The notes under the pieces were generated by a model. The model ran no database searches and had not been told where the DNA came from. It was given only the letters and a program-made list of their open reading frames with translations. The translations under genes were made by a program, and so were the position numbers. A stretch of 62,440 bases of DNA, counting the filler, from Rhabdomonas costata (taxonomy: Eukaryota), in the NCBI GenBank assembly GCA_019059605.1. It is 36 parts of 36 records of this genome, joined end to end, with 100 filler letters (N's around TTAATTAATTAA, not from the genome) between each part and the next. Parts side by side here need not be neighbours in the genome. Positions count along the whole stretch, not along the records: positions 22,593 to 24,238 come from JAHMHO010011535.1; positions 24,339 to 25,975 come from JAHMHO010011536.1; positions 26,076 to 27,712 come from JAHMHO010011537.1; positions 27,813 to 29,449 come from JAHMHO010011538.1; positions 29,550 to 31,183 come from JAHMHO010011539.1; positions 31,284 to 32,919 come from JAHMHO010011540.1; positions 33,020 to 34,656 come from JAHMHO010011541.1; positions 34,757 to 36,392 come from JAHMHO010011542.1; 28 more parts are not named here. The stretch is one strand, 5' to 3'. The first letter of the stretch is position 1. The number at the start of each line of letters is the position of its first letter. Shown here piece after piece: positions 23,603 through 37,018 of the stretch.

Positions 23603-26497
23603 CCACGCGAAATTTCAGACAATATTTTTCATGCTTCATTTTTTCTCTGCACAACAACCTGAACAAAATACCTGAGAACGAGGTGCACCCCGTTCGGAAG
23701 CACTGCGTTTCGTCCGGCCTTTTAGCCTCGAGCGCTGACCTATAGCCCGCTCTTCCAGATCCATTGTAACGATCTTCTTGCAGATTTCCTCCATGTTCAT
23801 CCCTATAAAGTGCACGATGCATACAAACGCACATCAGTGTGCAGAATGCCATTTTCAGACAGCGTAATTTGTTTCCTCTGCAAAGCGGCCTTGCTTGTGC
23901 GGTGCTTAGCAGCAAGATGCAAACAACAGTAAACAGTGAATAGAAATGGTCCACGAAGAGCGAAAAAAAGAAAAAGAACACCGACGCGACAAACAAGCGC
24001 ACCTATGAATTGCTGGCTCAAAGGTCTGTGATCCGTATCAAAGGATCGAGCCTGGCCTTTATGTGGGCCCAAAATCCGATCTCCTTCTCGCTTTTGCACG
24101 CTGTTGTCTCGCCGAATCAACGTGCTGATGGGAACAGTGCAACCAGCATTCTTGTCCTGAAACAAGCAGCGAGCAAATGAGTGTAAATGCAAACTTTCAA
24201 TTGCAGGCACCAAAAGAAATGAACAATAAACCACAACCNNNNNNNNNNNNNNNNNNNNNNNNNNNNNNNNNNNNNNNNNNNNTTAATTAATTAANNNNNN
24301 NNNNNNNNNNNNNNNNNNNNNNNNNNNNNNNNNNNNNNGTGTGGGTCTGCTACGGCTACTTAATTACATTCAACAAAACATGCTGAATTTGCAAAGCACG
24401 AGCTCCCTCGCTGATTCAAATACAGGAGCAGCGCAGCAGCTCTTGTGAATGAATGAGAACCACTTCTGGAGATCCAGGAGACAGAAGCAACAGCACCAAC
24501 AGTGGCAACGGAAGATGTTGTGTCGGCGATGCTGTAACGGTTCCGGATTCTCATGAAATTCTCAGAGTGGTTACTATTCCTTTTCTGTGGCTCGACCAAT
24601 CTATTTGTGCCCTTCACAATCTGCGCCCAAGCGCGTGAACGTGGCAGCGGTTGGCAGACGCAGCGTAAGTTGTTTCTTACTTTGAACATCGTCCACATGC
24701 TTTCATCAAACACTTGCGCAATGAAATCTTCCTTAAGTGTTGCTTTCTAAAGCCGGCCGACAAGTCTTGATGTTGCTGTTTGGGCCATGAACTGAATACA
24801 CTTCAGCTGTGGCACTGGTACACGAGACCAATCCGCTTTGAAAACTGTAGAACCTCTCAAATATCCAGCTGGCACTTCAGAAGCCCTTTCGTGCGTCAGG
24901 AGCCCTGACAATCAGAGGACTTCGACAGTTCCTTCCACCAGCTTCAGTTCATTTTGTCTGCATACACGGCATCTTTTCAGTTGGATTAAGGGGAACATGG
25001 CACAGCTCTGGCAGGAAGCCGCACAGTGGGCACTGAAGAGCGCCGAAAGAAAAGAAAAAAGAAAAGAGAAGAAAAGAAGAAGTTTTCGGCGACAGCACAG
25101 TAAAAACGTTCTGAAAGACGTCTTGTCCTAATTGCCCACTCCCAAAGCATTTGAGCCTCACACATTACCGCAGGACGCGCGTGTAATTTAACGTTCCTAT
25201 GCCGAGATGATGGCGATGATAAGGTAGTGTCGGGCCTACTTGAAACCCGATCGGCTTTGCCTTCTCTAGTTTCGGAGGTCAATGCGAAGGAACAATCCTT
25301 CAACCGGTTGCCCGCCGTGGTTCGAGTTTCGGTGGTTCCTTCCCGTACTTCCAAAAGGAATCTAAAGAACAACACAATCTCCATAGTTGGGTTCGGTTCA
25401 ACGAATCACTGGAAAGCACAATTGGTGAAAGGATTTTCCTCCAATCCTCGGCTGTCTACTCCGGCCCGCTCAATTGAAACAAGGGATTATTTTTTCCCGC
25501 GCCGCGTTTACTACGAGAGCATCCGCAGGGAAGCTGAAGAACCCCAGAAATAGCGAAAGCAGCAACTGCCACAACCTTTTGCCACCACGAACGTTGGAGT
25601 TTTGGTGCCTCGGGTTTTATTTTTTCGCTTTGTTTTGGAAAGGAACGGGTGGTGAGGGATTTTGTGGCGGTTGTTCAGCAGAACCGTGCTACGCAGACCC
25701 ACGTAGCGGCACATCCGTTGATTCCATTTTAGCCGCATTTATGATCCGCAGGAAAAAGTAAACAATTCGTAACCCATCCTTTTTTTATGAAAACCATCCG
25801 TGTGGAAATGGAACCAAAGGATATTTGATAGTTTGTGCTTCGGCTTTCTGATTAGGGGCTGTAGTACGCGGTCTGCCCGTTGTCCACGTGCGGGGCATTT
25901 TGTGCTTGCCGCTTTTCATTTCGCATTTCGAACTGGATATTTTGGTCTGCTGGGACATTGTCGTGATGTTTCCTANNNNNNNNNNNNNNNNNNNNNNNNN
26001 NNNNNNNNNNNNNNNNNNNTTAATTAATTAANNNNNNNNNNNNNNNNNNNNNNNNNNNNNNNNNNNNNNNNNNNNGGGGGGGGGGGGGGGGAGGAAGAGT
26101 GGAGAGTGGAGGGAAGGAAGAGCATTCGAACGCGCAATGTAACGCGAGAGGAAATCGAAGGGCAGAAAGGAAATGTATATGAAGCAAGCAGCGCGAAGAG
26201 TGAAGAGGCAGAGTGGTGACTCGGAAAATGCACTCAAGGTCATGTGACACTTTGATGAGCCCCGATACGGACCGAGAAAGTATTGACAGGTGGATCTGAA
26301 AAAGCAGAAAACGTCGGAGTGAATGCGGGTTCACAGAGAGGTGGGAGAGGTGGGCGCCTCTCTGCGACGAAAGCCAAAAAAAAAGCAATTTAGGGCGACG
26401 GATGGACTCCCGACAATAATGTCCAAAGGACACCACGTTATCGCCGTATTTGCCTCGTCCTAGGCTTTAGAAACGTTAGAGGCAAAATTGAAAGAAC

Positions 26498-26704
26498 CTT
26501 GAGGATGGCGATTTCGCGCCGCACCGCGTCCAGGCCCTCGTTAGTGGCGCTGCACGGGATCAGCTTTACCGCCACTGTGCCCCCTGTGCTGCGGTTCTGC
26601 GCCCTCCACACCGCGCCATAGGCACCGCGGCCGATCATGTCCTGCAGCTCCAGAAGCTCCTCGGGGTCCCCAGGGCATAGATCGATCCCGGAGTACTCAT
26701 ACAT
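26498..26704 (-). CDS. First exon of a STE20/MST-like Ser/Thr kinase
   Basis: DPEELLELQDMIGRGAYGAVWRA...VAVKLIP...GLDAVRREIAILK shows the DPEE motif, GxGxYG loop, VAVK and the alphaC Glu. A GT donor follows. Confidence 0.92.
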
Positions 26705-27812
26705 TTTTATTTTCCAAACAGCGTAGAAAACAAGCTTTGGTTAAATCATAGATAGCATAGACCCAAGGTGAAACTCACCACGAGTCAAAGATCAGTGCGG
26801 GACAAGATGAGGTGCGACGTCAACTTGTATCAAAAACACCCAGGTAACAACAGTGGGCATTATCGCCTCGATGGCCAGCGCTTATCGCCATCAACTTGCA
26901 CAGGAAAAACGCCCTGGAGGTGTGCAACTGTTCCTGGAGGAGGAACCACAGATTTCACATGCCAATTGCAAAAAAAAACTTCTGCTTAAATTTCTCTGGT
27001 GGAAAAGTAAAACCACTGACTCTGAGGAAACCAATCAGTCAAATGAAGTAAAAGCCGCCACACTTGTGACCCAACTACAAACACAGCAGGAGAGAGAGAA
27101 GGGCAACACTTTGAGGTCAAAAATTGAGCAAAAGGCTCCCCGCCCTCCACGAGTGAGACTTCCTGATGAACTCTGATCGATAATGGAAGCAGAAAAGGAC
27201 GATATCACACACATACAGCATGTTTGCGCCTTTACAGATACCAACACTCCTCCTTCTTTGAAACCGTTCTCTGTGGATTCGCGCGTAATTGTGTGAGTAT
27301 CCGTGTGAATGTCATGTTGTGTAAGTTTGGATGGATGTTATTGGTGTCATCGCAAGCGCAGACCGAGATCGAAGACTCGTCTGTTGCTTACCAAAAATGA
27401 ATACCAAAAACCACAGAGAAAGGCAACAAGAGAAAGAAACAAAACCCAGCAGAACACTTTACACTCAACAGCACTTCTATTTACAAACAGTACAAAGACT
27501 ACACTGCACAGCTTACATGCTGAGATGGACAGATCGCAAAAGCAGCAATGCCGCGCGGAAACTGCCTCGATCCTCAGTCGCACCCCCACCCTCAGCCTCG
27601 CAAAGACAAGGCTGGTTCTGTCACCCTGGCGGCTCCTGTGAAAGCGATGCCCACAGCGGACCCTCGCATGCAACCAGTATATTCACCCAACCCAACCAAC
27701 CACACCGAACACNNNNNNNNNNNNNNNNNNNNNNNNNNNNNNNNNNNNNNNNNNNNTTAATTAATTAANNNNNNNNNNNNNNNNNNNNNNNNNNNNNNNN
27801 NNNNNNNNNNNN

Positions 27813-27921
27813 CCCACGTCCTTGAACATCCAATTGGTGTCGATCTTTCCAATGAAGTGGTTGCTGTCCTCCCCAAAGGCCAGGCTGAACCCGAACACCA
27901 CCCAAAGCACACTGATCAGTC
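27813..27921 (-). CDS. amt: Exon of an ammonium transporter (Amt/Mep family)
   Basis: GLISVLWVVFGFSLAFGEDSNHFIG carries the W...G(Y/F)SLAFG.....IG Amt signature. Confidence 0.9.
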
Positions 27922-28077
27922 CTGCGAGCGAAGAATGCAGAGAAAGGTACAATCTCCAATAAATCGCCAGCAAAGCACAAAAGAGGATGAACCCTCAGCA
28001 AATTGCACCCAAGCAGCCGGGTTAAATCCGTTATTGGTTATAGGGCCCTCCCCTTGGTAGCAGTAGGTACCGAGGGA

Positions 28078-29280
28078 TGGATAGCAAATGTCACCGAACT
28101 TCATTCAAAGCTGAGTGTCCGATAGCAAATGCTACCGAGTGCGAAAACAGTTTTGAGCTAGGTAGCATTTGCGACCAAGGGGTGGATAGCAAATGCTACC
28201 GAGGAAATTACTGGGTCTCCCACCCCACACACAGCGCAGCGGCCTTCGGCCGTGGTCGCGTTGCCCTAAAATAACATCCGGGTGTGTTGGATTTTTCACG
28301 GCCTTAAATCTTCTTGCAAGAACTCTGACCACCGGATCTGTGTGCGGTTATCTGCAAACCTTGATTGAGCTCAGGGGTCAATAGCGAAACCCCCTAGGGT
28401 GCGTGCGGGCTTGTGTGTGCAGGTCTCCCGCCGCGTCTCCTCTTCAGCACCCGCAGCCCACAGCGCTGCGTTTCTCTGTCTCGGGCCTGGGTGAGTGTTT
28501 GTTAATTTGTGCCTCCGGAAGTTCCGAATTGGTGGTGGTCTCACTTCTCTCTGCGGAAATAGAAACCGCGTTGCGTCACTTTGCGGATGCCGTTTGATGC
28601 AAAAGCTCGCAGTGACTAAGGGCCGGGGGTGCGACAACCCAAAGACCCAAAGCGATCTCTCAAAAAAAGAAGCCCCCGTTAAAAAATTAATTAGAAACTA
28701 ATTATGAATATTTTCTCATGTTTACGCTTTCAACAACAATTTTCGACGATCCCGCACCACCAAAAACTACGTCACTTTCCGTTACATAATGAGTCCCAGA
28801 GCTAATACCAAACATCAGAGTAGTGGTATATTTTGTGTTCTGGCTTCCTGAAAGTGAGTACTCCATGCTTATATATCAAACTTTGCTGATCCCTTAAGGT
28901 ACGAACAGAAATTAACCCTTCATCACACGTTGAATAAAATTCCGTCCAAGTATCGCAAACCTAACCCTATATAGCGAGAGAGGAAATCTGGGGAGATTGT
29001 GTCAAGTGAGGACTTACCTGTCAATAAAGAGCTGGCCAACAAACTAAGAGATTATTTTAGGGAAGAGGCGCCCGCAGCCGAAGGCCGCGGTGCGCATTGG
29101 GGTGAGGGTGAGTGGCTTCAGTGAATACAATGTGAATTGCACGATTAGGTGGGCTTGTGTCATTCAGTCTAATGAAGGAAATTGCCCAGCCTGAAATTTT
29201 TTGTAAGCAAACAAAGAGAATATTTTAGGGAAAGGCTCCCACGGCGGAAGGCCGCGATGCGCTCTGGGGGTGGATGGGGC
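28078..29280. mobile_element. Putative non-autonomous DNA-transposon-like region with subterminal direct and inverted repeats
   Basis: GATAGCAAATG..ACCGA occurs three times direct and once inverted (28078-28202). A GC(C/G)GAAGGCCGC motif is inverted at about 28235-28250 and direct at about 29077 and 29244. There is no coding signal. Confidence 0.45.
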
Positions 29281-31283
29281 GGGTCTATGAAAGGGCTTCA
29301 AATATACCTTCAATGACTTGAATTTCTTTGCAAAAGTACCGGCGATGACAATTGCTATCGCCGATGCTTCCATTCTGCAAAAAAAATATCTCCTTAACAC
29401 CCATGACAACTGCTTCCATCTCTATCAAGGGTGAACCCGACCAAAACAANNNNNNNNNNNNNNNNNNNNNNNNNNNNNNNNNNNNNNNNNNNNTTAATTA
29501 ATTAANNNNNNNNNNNNNNNNNNNNNNNNNNNNNNNNNNNNNNNNNNNNTGTGGTGGGTGTGTGTGGTGGTTGGTGGCGGTTCGTTTCACGGTGTAAGGT
29601 CGGGGGGGCCGGCCCGGGACCTCCAGCTCGTTGTCGCGGTGGGTTCCGTTGACAAGCCTCGGACCCGCATCCGGCGGCGCCTTGCCAGGGAAGGCGCATT
29701 TTCGGGAACAGCAGGATGGCGGTTACTGGGTCCGGAAGCGCTTTTTCCTCCAGGCCGAGATGTTTCTCCATGTGTCGGCATGCGGTGTTCCAAACCCCGA
29801 TCGTTTAGTCAGGTGCCTCCGGGCGGGGCATCCAAGAACGTGGCAAAACCAGGCAGACAAACACAAACAGAGAGAAAGGCAGATACGCGCACCATAAAAA
29901 CACAGCAATCTGTTTCCCACGGCCAACGGCCGTTTTCGATGCCCCACGCGTTCTCCACCAGTTTGCCCCGCCATTCCGTCCGCATTATTTTGCTCTTCAA
30001 GTGTTATGTTCCGAAACTTTTTGGGGATGTAGCTCGCCCCAGCCCCTTTCTTGAGCTGGCAGCCAAATGCAGTGCAACGTTTTTAACTCCAATAAGACGC
30101 AAGCGTGGAGTGGACAGTCTCTATCGGATGGAACCTTCGCAGAAATTTGTGGAAATATTTGGAGGTAAAACAGGAAGTATAAGAACCCCTAAATAAACCT
30201 CAGAGGAGCGGAGCAAAGCGAAGAGAGGCATTAACTCCAGCTTCGCCTCAACCAGCCCAAAGAATCTTTTAAGAAAATTCATTAAATGAGTTGGCTCTTA
30301 AGCGCCAAGTGAATTGGCGCCAAAGTGGACCCGCGGACCCGTTGGGGGCAGGAAGGCCTGCGCCATAATCCGGATTCGCAGGATCCACCAAGAGAAAGCT
30401 TACACATGCGAGGACACGAATACGGAGGCGATGCGCACACGCACTGGGGCCCCGCTCAGCAATAAGTACCCTGATATGAAGAAAGACCTTCTCCTGTACG
30501 TACATTGCTATTTCTTGACGGAACCAATATCAAAACTGCGCGTCCAACTTCAACCAGCTATTTGTTGTACCACCGAACAGCTGAAGGAACATATCCTATG
30601 TAGCCTTTTTCACGGCCACAAAAAAGCCTCCATGTTATTTCTGATGGGAGTTTTTTTTTTTAAAAAAGGAGAAATACAAATACAAAATATTAACATCAGC
30701 GAAGAATTTGTACGTTTGACAGAGGTGCATATCACCATCCATCGGACTGGAAAACCCACATCACCACTTCTCGCATAGTACAGCCACAGTTATATGCAAC
30801 CAATGAAGCCCAAGCGCTGTTCTCACTTGCATTTCTCACTTTTGAGAAAAAAGGATCCTTAAAACCGAGAAGTAAATCGATGCACAGAAAAACGATAAGC
30901 TGACAACCTCACCAGTGTGGCATGTGGGGAAATAGCAGCGATGACACACCTCTCAAAAGTCGTGTAAGTGAGACATTCAAGACATGCAAGTGAAGGGATG
31001 AAAAGGAAAAAAAGAAACAAGCACGCACGCAAAAAGACACGAAAGGAACTGCGAGGTCCCACCTTTAACGCAGGAACGCGGAAGAGCGAATCGGTACTCG
31101 GTAGGAAAACCGCAAGCTCTTAGGGGAAAAATCCCCGATGTTCGATTGCCGGACGACTGAAGTCCTTCTTGAGATGCATACATNNNNNNNNNNNNNNNNN
31201 NNNNNNNNNNNNNNNNNNNNNNNNNNNTTAATTAATTAANNNNNNNNNNNNNNNNNNNNNNNNNNNNNNNNNNNNNNNNNNNN

Positions 31284-32790
31284 GGGTTGGTGGTCCAGCA
31301 AGTCCTTCAGCTGAAGCTGTAACTTGGCGAGTTTGCTGGGATCCAATATGGACATGCGCGAAGCTGGGATAATAAACTTCTCTAGTAAATCAATGCGGTG
31401 GTCGGTAGGATGAGCTGGTGGTAGCCATGTGGCAGCTTCTCTGGAAAGAGATCTTTGTACTCCTCGTTGAGCTTGAGCACCTGTGGGGGAATTAGATCTG
31501 TCTGAACTTGAAGGCCATTTCCAGACTTTGGAGGCCAGACATCGGGGAGAGCGGCTCCTCCACTGATCTGGGAGGTATTACCTCAGGTGGTTTTGGTGCT
31601 AGCTGAGGAGGCAGAGACTAAGCATCTGCCATGCGCTCCCAAAATTTTAGCTAATACATCGACAACACAAAATTGCTTGAAATGGCAACTTGTGATATAC
31701 AAAAATGCATTTTCCAATTCCCAAGCGGCCGAAATAGAAGATGCCGCATACCGCACGTCCAATTGCAGTGTGATGTCGGCTTCAAAGTCGATCACTTCTG
31801 TGATTGGCTGCGCTGAAACACCAGGAGCTGCCTGTGGTTCCGAAACCGAACCAACTTCAGAGTATCCAAACCCAAATTCACCTCGCACACTCCCAGGAAA
31901 TTGTGGAACAACACACACGGGTGGTGTCGCAATGTACTCCAACAGCAATTGCGACACCATATCACCTTTCTTGAAGTGGTAGTCACTAATTCCATGGTTG
32001 AACAGCAAGATCTTCACATTCACTCGGTAGTCGGGATCAATTAATCCAGCTACGGCCGAGATGTGGTGCTTCCAGGCCAAAGCACTGCGCGTGGCAATGG
32101 CCCATACATGCCGGTTGGTATGGAAAATACCAAGTCTGTTGGAATGAGCGCATTGTCTCCAGGTGTAACGCCCACATATTCTGCACTGGCCAGGTCCAAA
32201 CCTGCGGAAAGGTGGGTGCATCGGCTCGGCAAAACAGCCTTGATGCTGAGACATTCACCAGTAGAGGTTCCACTTAATAAACCAAAACATTTGGAGCAGC
32301 CGTATGGGTTCCGATCCCGAGATTATTTGGCTCAGGCTCCGCAACCGGTTCCTGAGATGCAGGATTGGGCGCGGGCACAACGGCATTTAGTTTCTGGTTA
32401 TGTATCTTCAGAAGGAGGAAGGAATGGTGGGTGGGAAGGTACTGAACTCCGGATTGATTTAGCAACAGAAAGACGAGTAATCTTCTTTCCCATCCTAATC
32501 TGCACTGTCATCTACACCCATTTAATCAAAGGGTTGAACTGATGAATGAAATAATATCCCAACACAATGGGAAGAGGAGTTTCAATCACACGCAATAAAA
32601 GCCTCATCTTCAACTCCACTACTTTCCTTGCAAGCTAACATAGTGCCCCACTATCATTGTATTCCTATTCGCGACCTTCACCTGAATCCGCGACTTCAAG
32701 GGCAATACTTTTTAGCATGTGTCACGCACAACGTCCGCACTGATGAATGATTCCGAAGCTCACGAGTCCATCAAAGCAAAGTGTGTTGTT
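31284..32790 (-). mobile_element. Decayed Ty3/gypsy LTR retrotransposon pol fragment: aspartic protease - dUTPase - RT N-terminus
   Basis: Protease: ALMDS*ASESFIS (about 32740-32780, DSGA with GGA>TGA) and IVLGYYFIHQFNPLIKW (about 32520-32575). dUTPase: about 31855-32240. RT leader: EEYKDLFPEKLPHG/LPPAHPTDHRIDLL...LQLQLKDLLD (31284-31490). Stops and frameshifts are present. Confidence 0.88.
31855..32240 (-). pseudogene. dut: Trimeric dUTPase domain within the retroelement, frameshifted near 32100
   Basis: All five motifs are recognisable across two frames: SAGLDL, ATRSALA, AGLIDPDYR, GDMVSQL and RGEFGFG. Confidence 0.92.
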
Positions 32791-33507
32791 GCTACAAATT
32801 TCACTGGAAGAAAGAGCAAAGGAATAGGCGCCGGTGGCTGTTACCAGTTATCGTCAAGGTAGATGCCAAGTCACACGGTACGGTGACAGTGTTTGCTGTA
32901 TGCTTCGACGTTTCCGCCANNNNNNNNNNNNNNNNNNNNNNNNNNNNNNNNNNNNNNNNNNNNTTAATTAATTAANNNNNNNNNNNNNNNNNNNNNNNNN
33001 NNNNNNNNNNNNNNNNNNNTTTTGTTTTTTCAGTAGAAGAAGAGGTGAAATTATGGGCGTTGCTGCTGCCTTTTGCTATCAGGGTCTTCGTGAGGTTTTG
33101 CTGCCGATTCTCGAGGGTTTGTCCTCGCAGTTGGTTGTGAGCCATCGCGGCTCCCCGCAGCTGCTGGCCACTCTGAAAGCCTGGCAGGTATGGTCACAAG
33201 CTGCATAGCTGTCGTGATTGACTTCCTTATATATGTGACTGAAACGAACACCACAGCGCAAGACAGAAACGTTGTCTTATGGTCTTACCCAATCATGTTT
33301 CTTTTAGCATTGCGCTAATTCCTAAAAAAAGGATTTAGTTTTTCTCGGGGTTCTCTTGACGCACGCTCCGATGACGATTAAACCCTTCGATGTTGCATCG
33401 GAGCTGTCGTTCGCGCCTTCTGCTGATGCCGTTTAAGTAATAATTAGGAACACGTCTATCCATTCCGTCTTTCTGCGGTGCATATTTTTGTCACTCCTTT
33501 CGACATT

Positions 33508-33543
33508 TACCTCAGTAAATACCTCAGTAAATACCTCAGTAAA
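33508..33543. repeat. 12-bp tandem repeat (ACCTCAGTAAAT) x3
   Basis: Directly visible. Confidence 0.85.
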
Positions 33544-33803
33544 GAGTGAGGCTCCTTTGGTCCTTTGACTTTTGTCCTGAGAGTTATTACGACCCTTGAC
33601 CACCATTTCACCTAACTTGTTCTTATCTTCGCTCCCGCACAAAGAAATAACCGAGTGATTGTGATTTAGTTGTCAGCGGGCAAGTTTGCCCACTGACAGC
33701 GGACGGTCTCTGGTACGTTCCTGTATGAGCTCTGCATCTCATCGGAACGCAGGTCCTGTTGCGGCTGGGCAGCAATGGCCCGGAGGTTTCGGGGGCTCGG
33801 CAG

Positions 33804-34459
33804 ATGGCCGCGAAGGCAGTGGACTTCGCCCAGCGCGCCGTGCTGACGTACTACAGCTCCGTGAGGGAGGCGGGCGAGGACCGGACCACCCCACCATACG
33901 AGTGCCTGGCCTGGGAGGCAGCCATCAAGGCTTGTATCCTGCCACTCCACTCAATTTGCCCCCATTCCGTTCTACCGTGTCAGCGCCTTTGCAGCTAACA
34001 AGGTAAGACTTCTCACCCAAACCTCCTCACAACCCCGGCAGAATTCTTTTTTTCCACGGGAAGCTCTCCAGGATCTTCAAAATGTTGGATGCGTTCAAAT
34101 TCCAGAACCCCATCATCATCCCAATTTAGATGGGCACCCCCGAACACCCAGCCTTTTCAAGAGCAGGTGAACGCTGATTGTCCAGGCTGCACTTGTTTTC
34201 ATTGTGCAGATATGTCCTGCCTTCCTCTTACGAGAGAAATGCTGTGCAGTTTCTTTCTCCCCAGGTTCTTGTGGCCTACGCGCTGTCGCTGGCTCCGGAG
34301 GCGGTGCCCACGGCCGGGGCGGAAGTGGTGCGGGTGTTGTTCCAGCAGCTCCGCGGGGTTCTCAGCGAGGCCGTAGCCTGCCTGAGCACCTCCTTCAAGG
34401 CGGCTGCTGTGGTGCGTGGGGCGGCGAAGTTGATGGCCTCTACCGCCATCCGAAAGCTG
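33804..34459 (+). CDS. Two exons (33804-33929, 34265-34459) of an unidentified alpha-helical protein
   Basis: Two GC-rich coding-like blocks with AG acceptors, joined in frame by a putative GC-AG intron. Confidence 0.55.
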
Positions 34460-37018
34460 GTACGTTTGCGAGGAGGAGAAGGATGCGCGTGACGGCTTTG
34501 TCGTTTATAAGGGTTTATGTTTTTGGATGGTGCACGGCGTGGAGCCATTGATTTTTGTAAAATTTCATTCTCCGGTTGCCACAGACGTGCTGCGGTGCAA
34601 TTTTTGTGACCCCTGGCCTCAGATCCTTCCCAACCACGTGGGCATTCTGGCCACAANNNNNNNNNNNNNNNNNNNNNNNNNNNNNNNNNNNNNNNNNNNN
34701 TTAATTAATTAANNNNNNNNNNNNNNNNNNNNNNNNNNNNNNNNNNNNNNNNNNNNCCCCCCCCCCCCACACACACACATTTTCAAAAACCAAACATCCA
34801 ACCCCAACGTTTTGCAACTCGTTTGCTCACAAAGGAGTTTTTCTGGTCTGAGTCTGACGATCGGCATAGTACCAGTGGAGGCATCACTGTCTTCTTTCAA
34901 TTGCGATGATCCAATCTTTCAAGTTGGCGGGTAGCGTAATCAGCTGTGCTGTATTTTTCAGTGTCACGGATGATCAGGGCGCAATCCGATGGGCATCCGT
35001 TTTTTGATTTCTGTCTGCTTCGGGGATGCCACTAGGCAACTAGGGTAACATCTGACAACGGTGCAATGGGACTCTGCATCCGAGCACCCTTACGTTGCGC
35101 GCGTCTTAGGTTAGGGTTATTATCATCGCTCTGTGTTTGTGTTTTTTATACGTCTTTTCATCATCGCACAAACATCACAAACGCGAATAAACGAACACAA
35201 ACATCCGTAAGTTAAAGAAGAAAACGAGAACTGACTTTGCTTTGTTTCCATGGCTAATAACTTGAGCTGGATAAGGAGGAGGAGAGGGGGATTGTCGGTT
35301 GGCCGTTGGATGGGTGCCGAGTCCTTCCAAAAACCCCCGCCTTCCCCTGCCTGGACACACCGTCGTGGTGAACGCCCTGACGGACTTTCGTGCGGTACGC
35401 TGGCGGTGCCGGAAGGCCGACCGGGAGCTGTGCCTGGGGCCGGTGTTCAGTAACATGCACACCGTGGCCGGGGGAATTTTCGGGTATGTGTATGTGTCCG
35501 TGCCCCATTTTGAGGGAAAGAGCGGGAGCTGACATAGAGAAGTGCGAGGAGTCAGCTGCTGAGGCTAAGCTCGAGGAGCAGCTCGAGCCCAAGAAACAGT
35601 GAAGCCTGACGAGTTCTGCGAAGGCCACAGAGAGCAGCAGAAAGAATCCAAAAAAAAAAAAAGAAAACGACGAGCGTTTGGGACGGTGCCACGGTGAGAA
35701 GAAGATGACCTCAGGATCCCGCATAGAAGAAGAATGGGAAGAATGGGAAGACGCTACCGAGCGACTGGGCTAGCGCAGAGGGTGGGACGTCAGTGAGATT
35801 TCCCCAAAACCCCCCACATTAACACTGCAGGCATGTGAGTTCCTGCGTAGTTGCGTTGATGGGTATTGAACGGTGTTGAAGCGTCAAACTGAGCCATTCC
35901 GTGATCACTCGTTGTTTTTCCGTCCTAAGCATGCCTTAAGGTGAGGTGGGTCATGTAACCCCCCCAAAAAAAAATTTAGTGGCACCGCAGTGGCGATGAC
36001 CCGGTGGCACAAGGTGTACTACAGTGTGCTGGAGAGGTACATCCGCACTGACCGCTTTGCTGGGGATGACCAGTGCGTGATGGCCACGATCTGTGTGCTG
36101 TACCCCAAGCTGGTGTGACGCAGATGCTCATCCGCGCTCCCATTCTATTTCCAGCACAGGGAATTTCAGGAACCGGTTGTCGAGAAAGCTGCATTTCAGC
36201 ATACATTTTTCCTGTACACACCTTCTCCCGCCACGCCCGAGCCAGGGACCCAAGAGGAGGACTCCAAGTCAAGACAAAGTTGCGGTCACAGCCGGTGACC
36301 GGTGGCACCACAGACAGAGGGCTCTGCAGGTGGGGCACCTTATCGCCAGGTGAGCACCTTATCGCCATCGACAAGCGTATGCGTTACACCAANNNNNNNN
36401 NNNNNNNNNNNNNNNNNNNNNNNNNNNNNNNNNNNNTTAATTAATTAANNNNNNNNNNNNNNNNNNNNNNNNNNNNNNNNNNNNNNNNNNNNCTTGCCTG
36501 TTTTTTGTTTTATTCTGGAACCGCTATACCCCTCAGCTGCCCTTCTCATTCGGAACAGTACGCTCCTCTTTTAGGGAGTGCCATGTCTCTCTGTGGACTT
36601 CGATGCCTCTTCTGCATCACAACTCTCACCTTCTTCAGCTTGTCTTTTTCGGGATGAACAGACTCTCCAATCTGGGATCGCCATTTTTTTGGACAGTTCT
36701 CTGTTGCACAATTGTGCGTTCCCAATGGCTGCCGCGAGGCCTGATGATGTTGTACATTGCAGAACCTTTGACGTTTGGTCAGATGGTAGATGAGATAACC
36801 ATATCCGCCCGTCTTCTTGAAGGCTACTTTCGGCGTCCTAGGCCTGGGTCTGCAGAATTCTGGTGACTGTGGAGAAATATTGTATTCGTTGGCGCGATTG
36901 CTGCTTTTTGTTTTTCATTCAATCCCTTTTAACAGCTGAAAGTATTTTTCGTGCTCCCACATTTTTTTGTTCATTTTTATCGTGCGAACCTTGGTGCTTC
37001 AATCCTATTTTCGAAAGA

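Noticed and set aside
24339-25975. Medium-length ORFs as a retroelement remnant
   Set aside because: No RT, integrase, RNase H or endonuclease motifs were recognised in the frames examined.
35106-35120. TTAGGTTAGGGTT as telomeric repeat
   Set aside because: Only about two units and internal to the contig.
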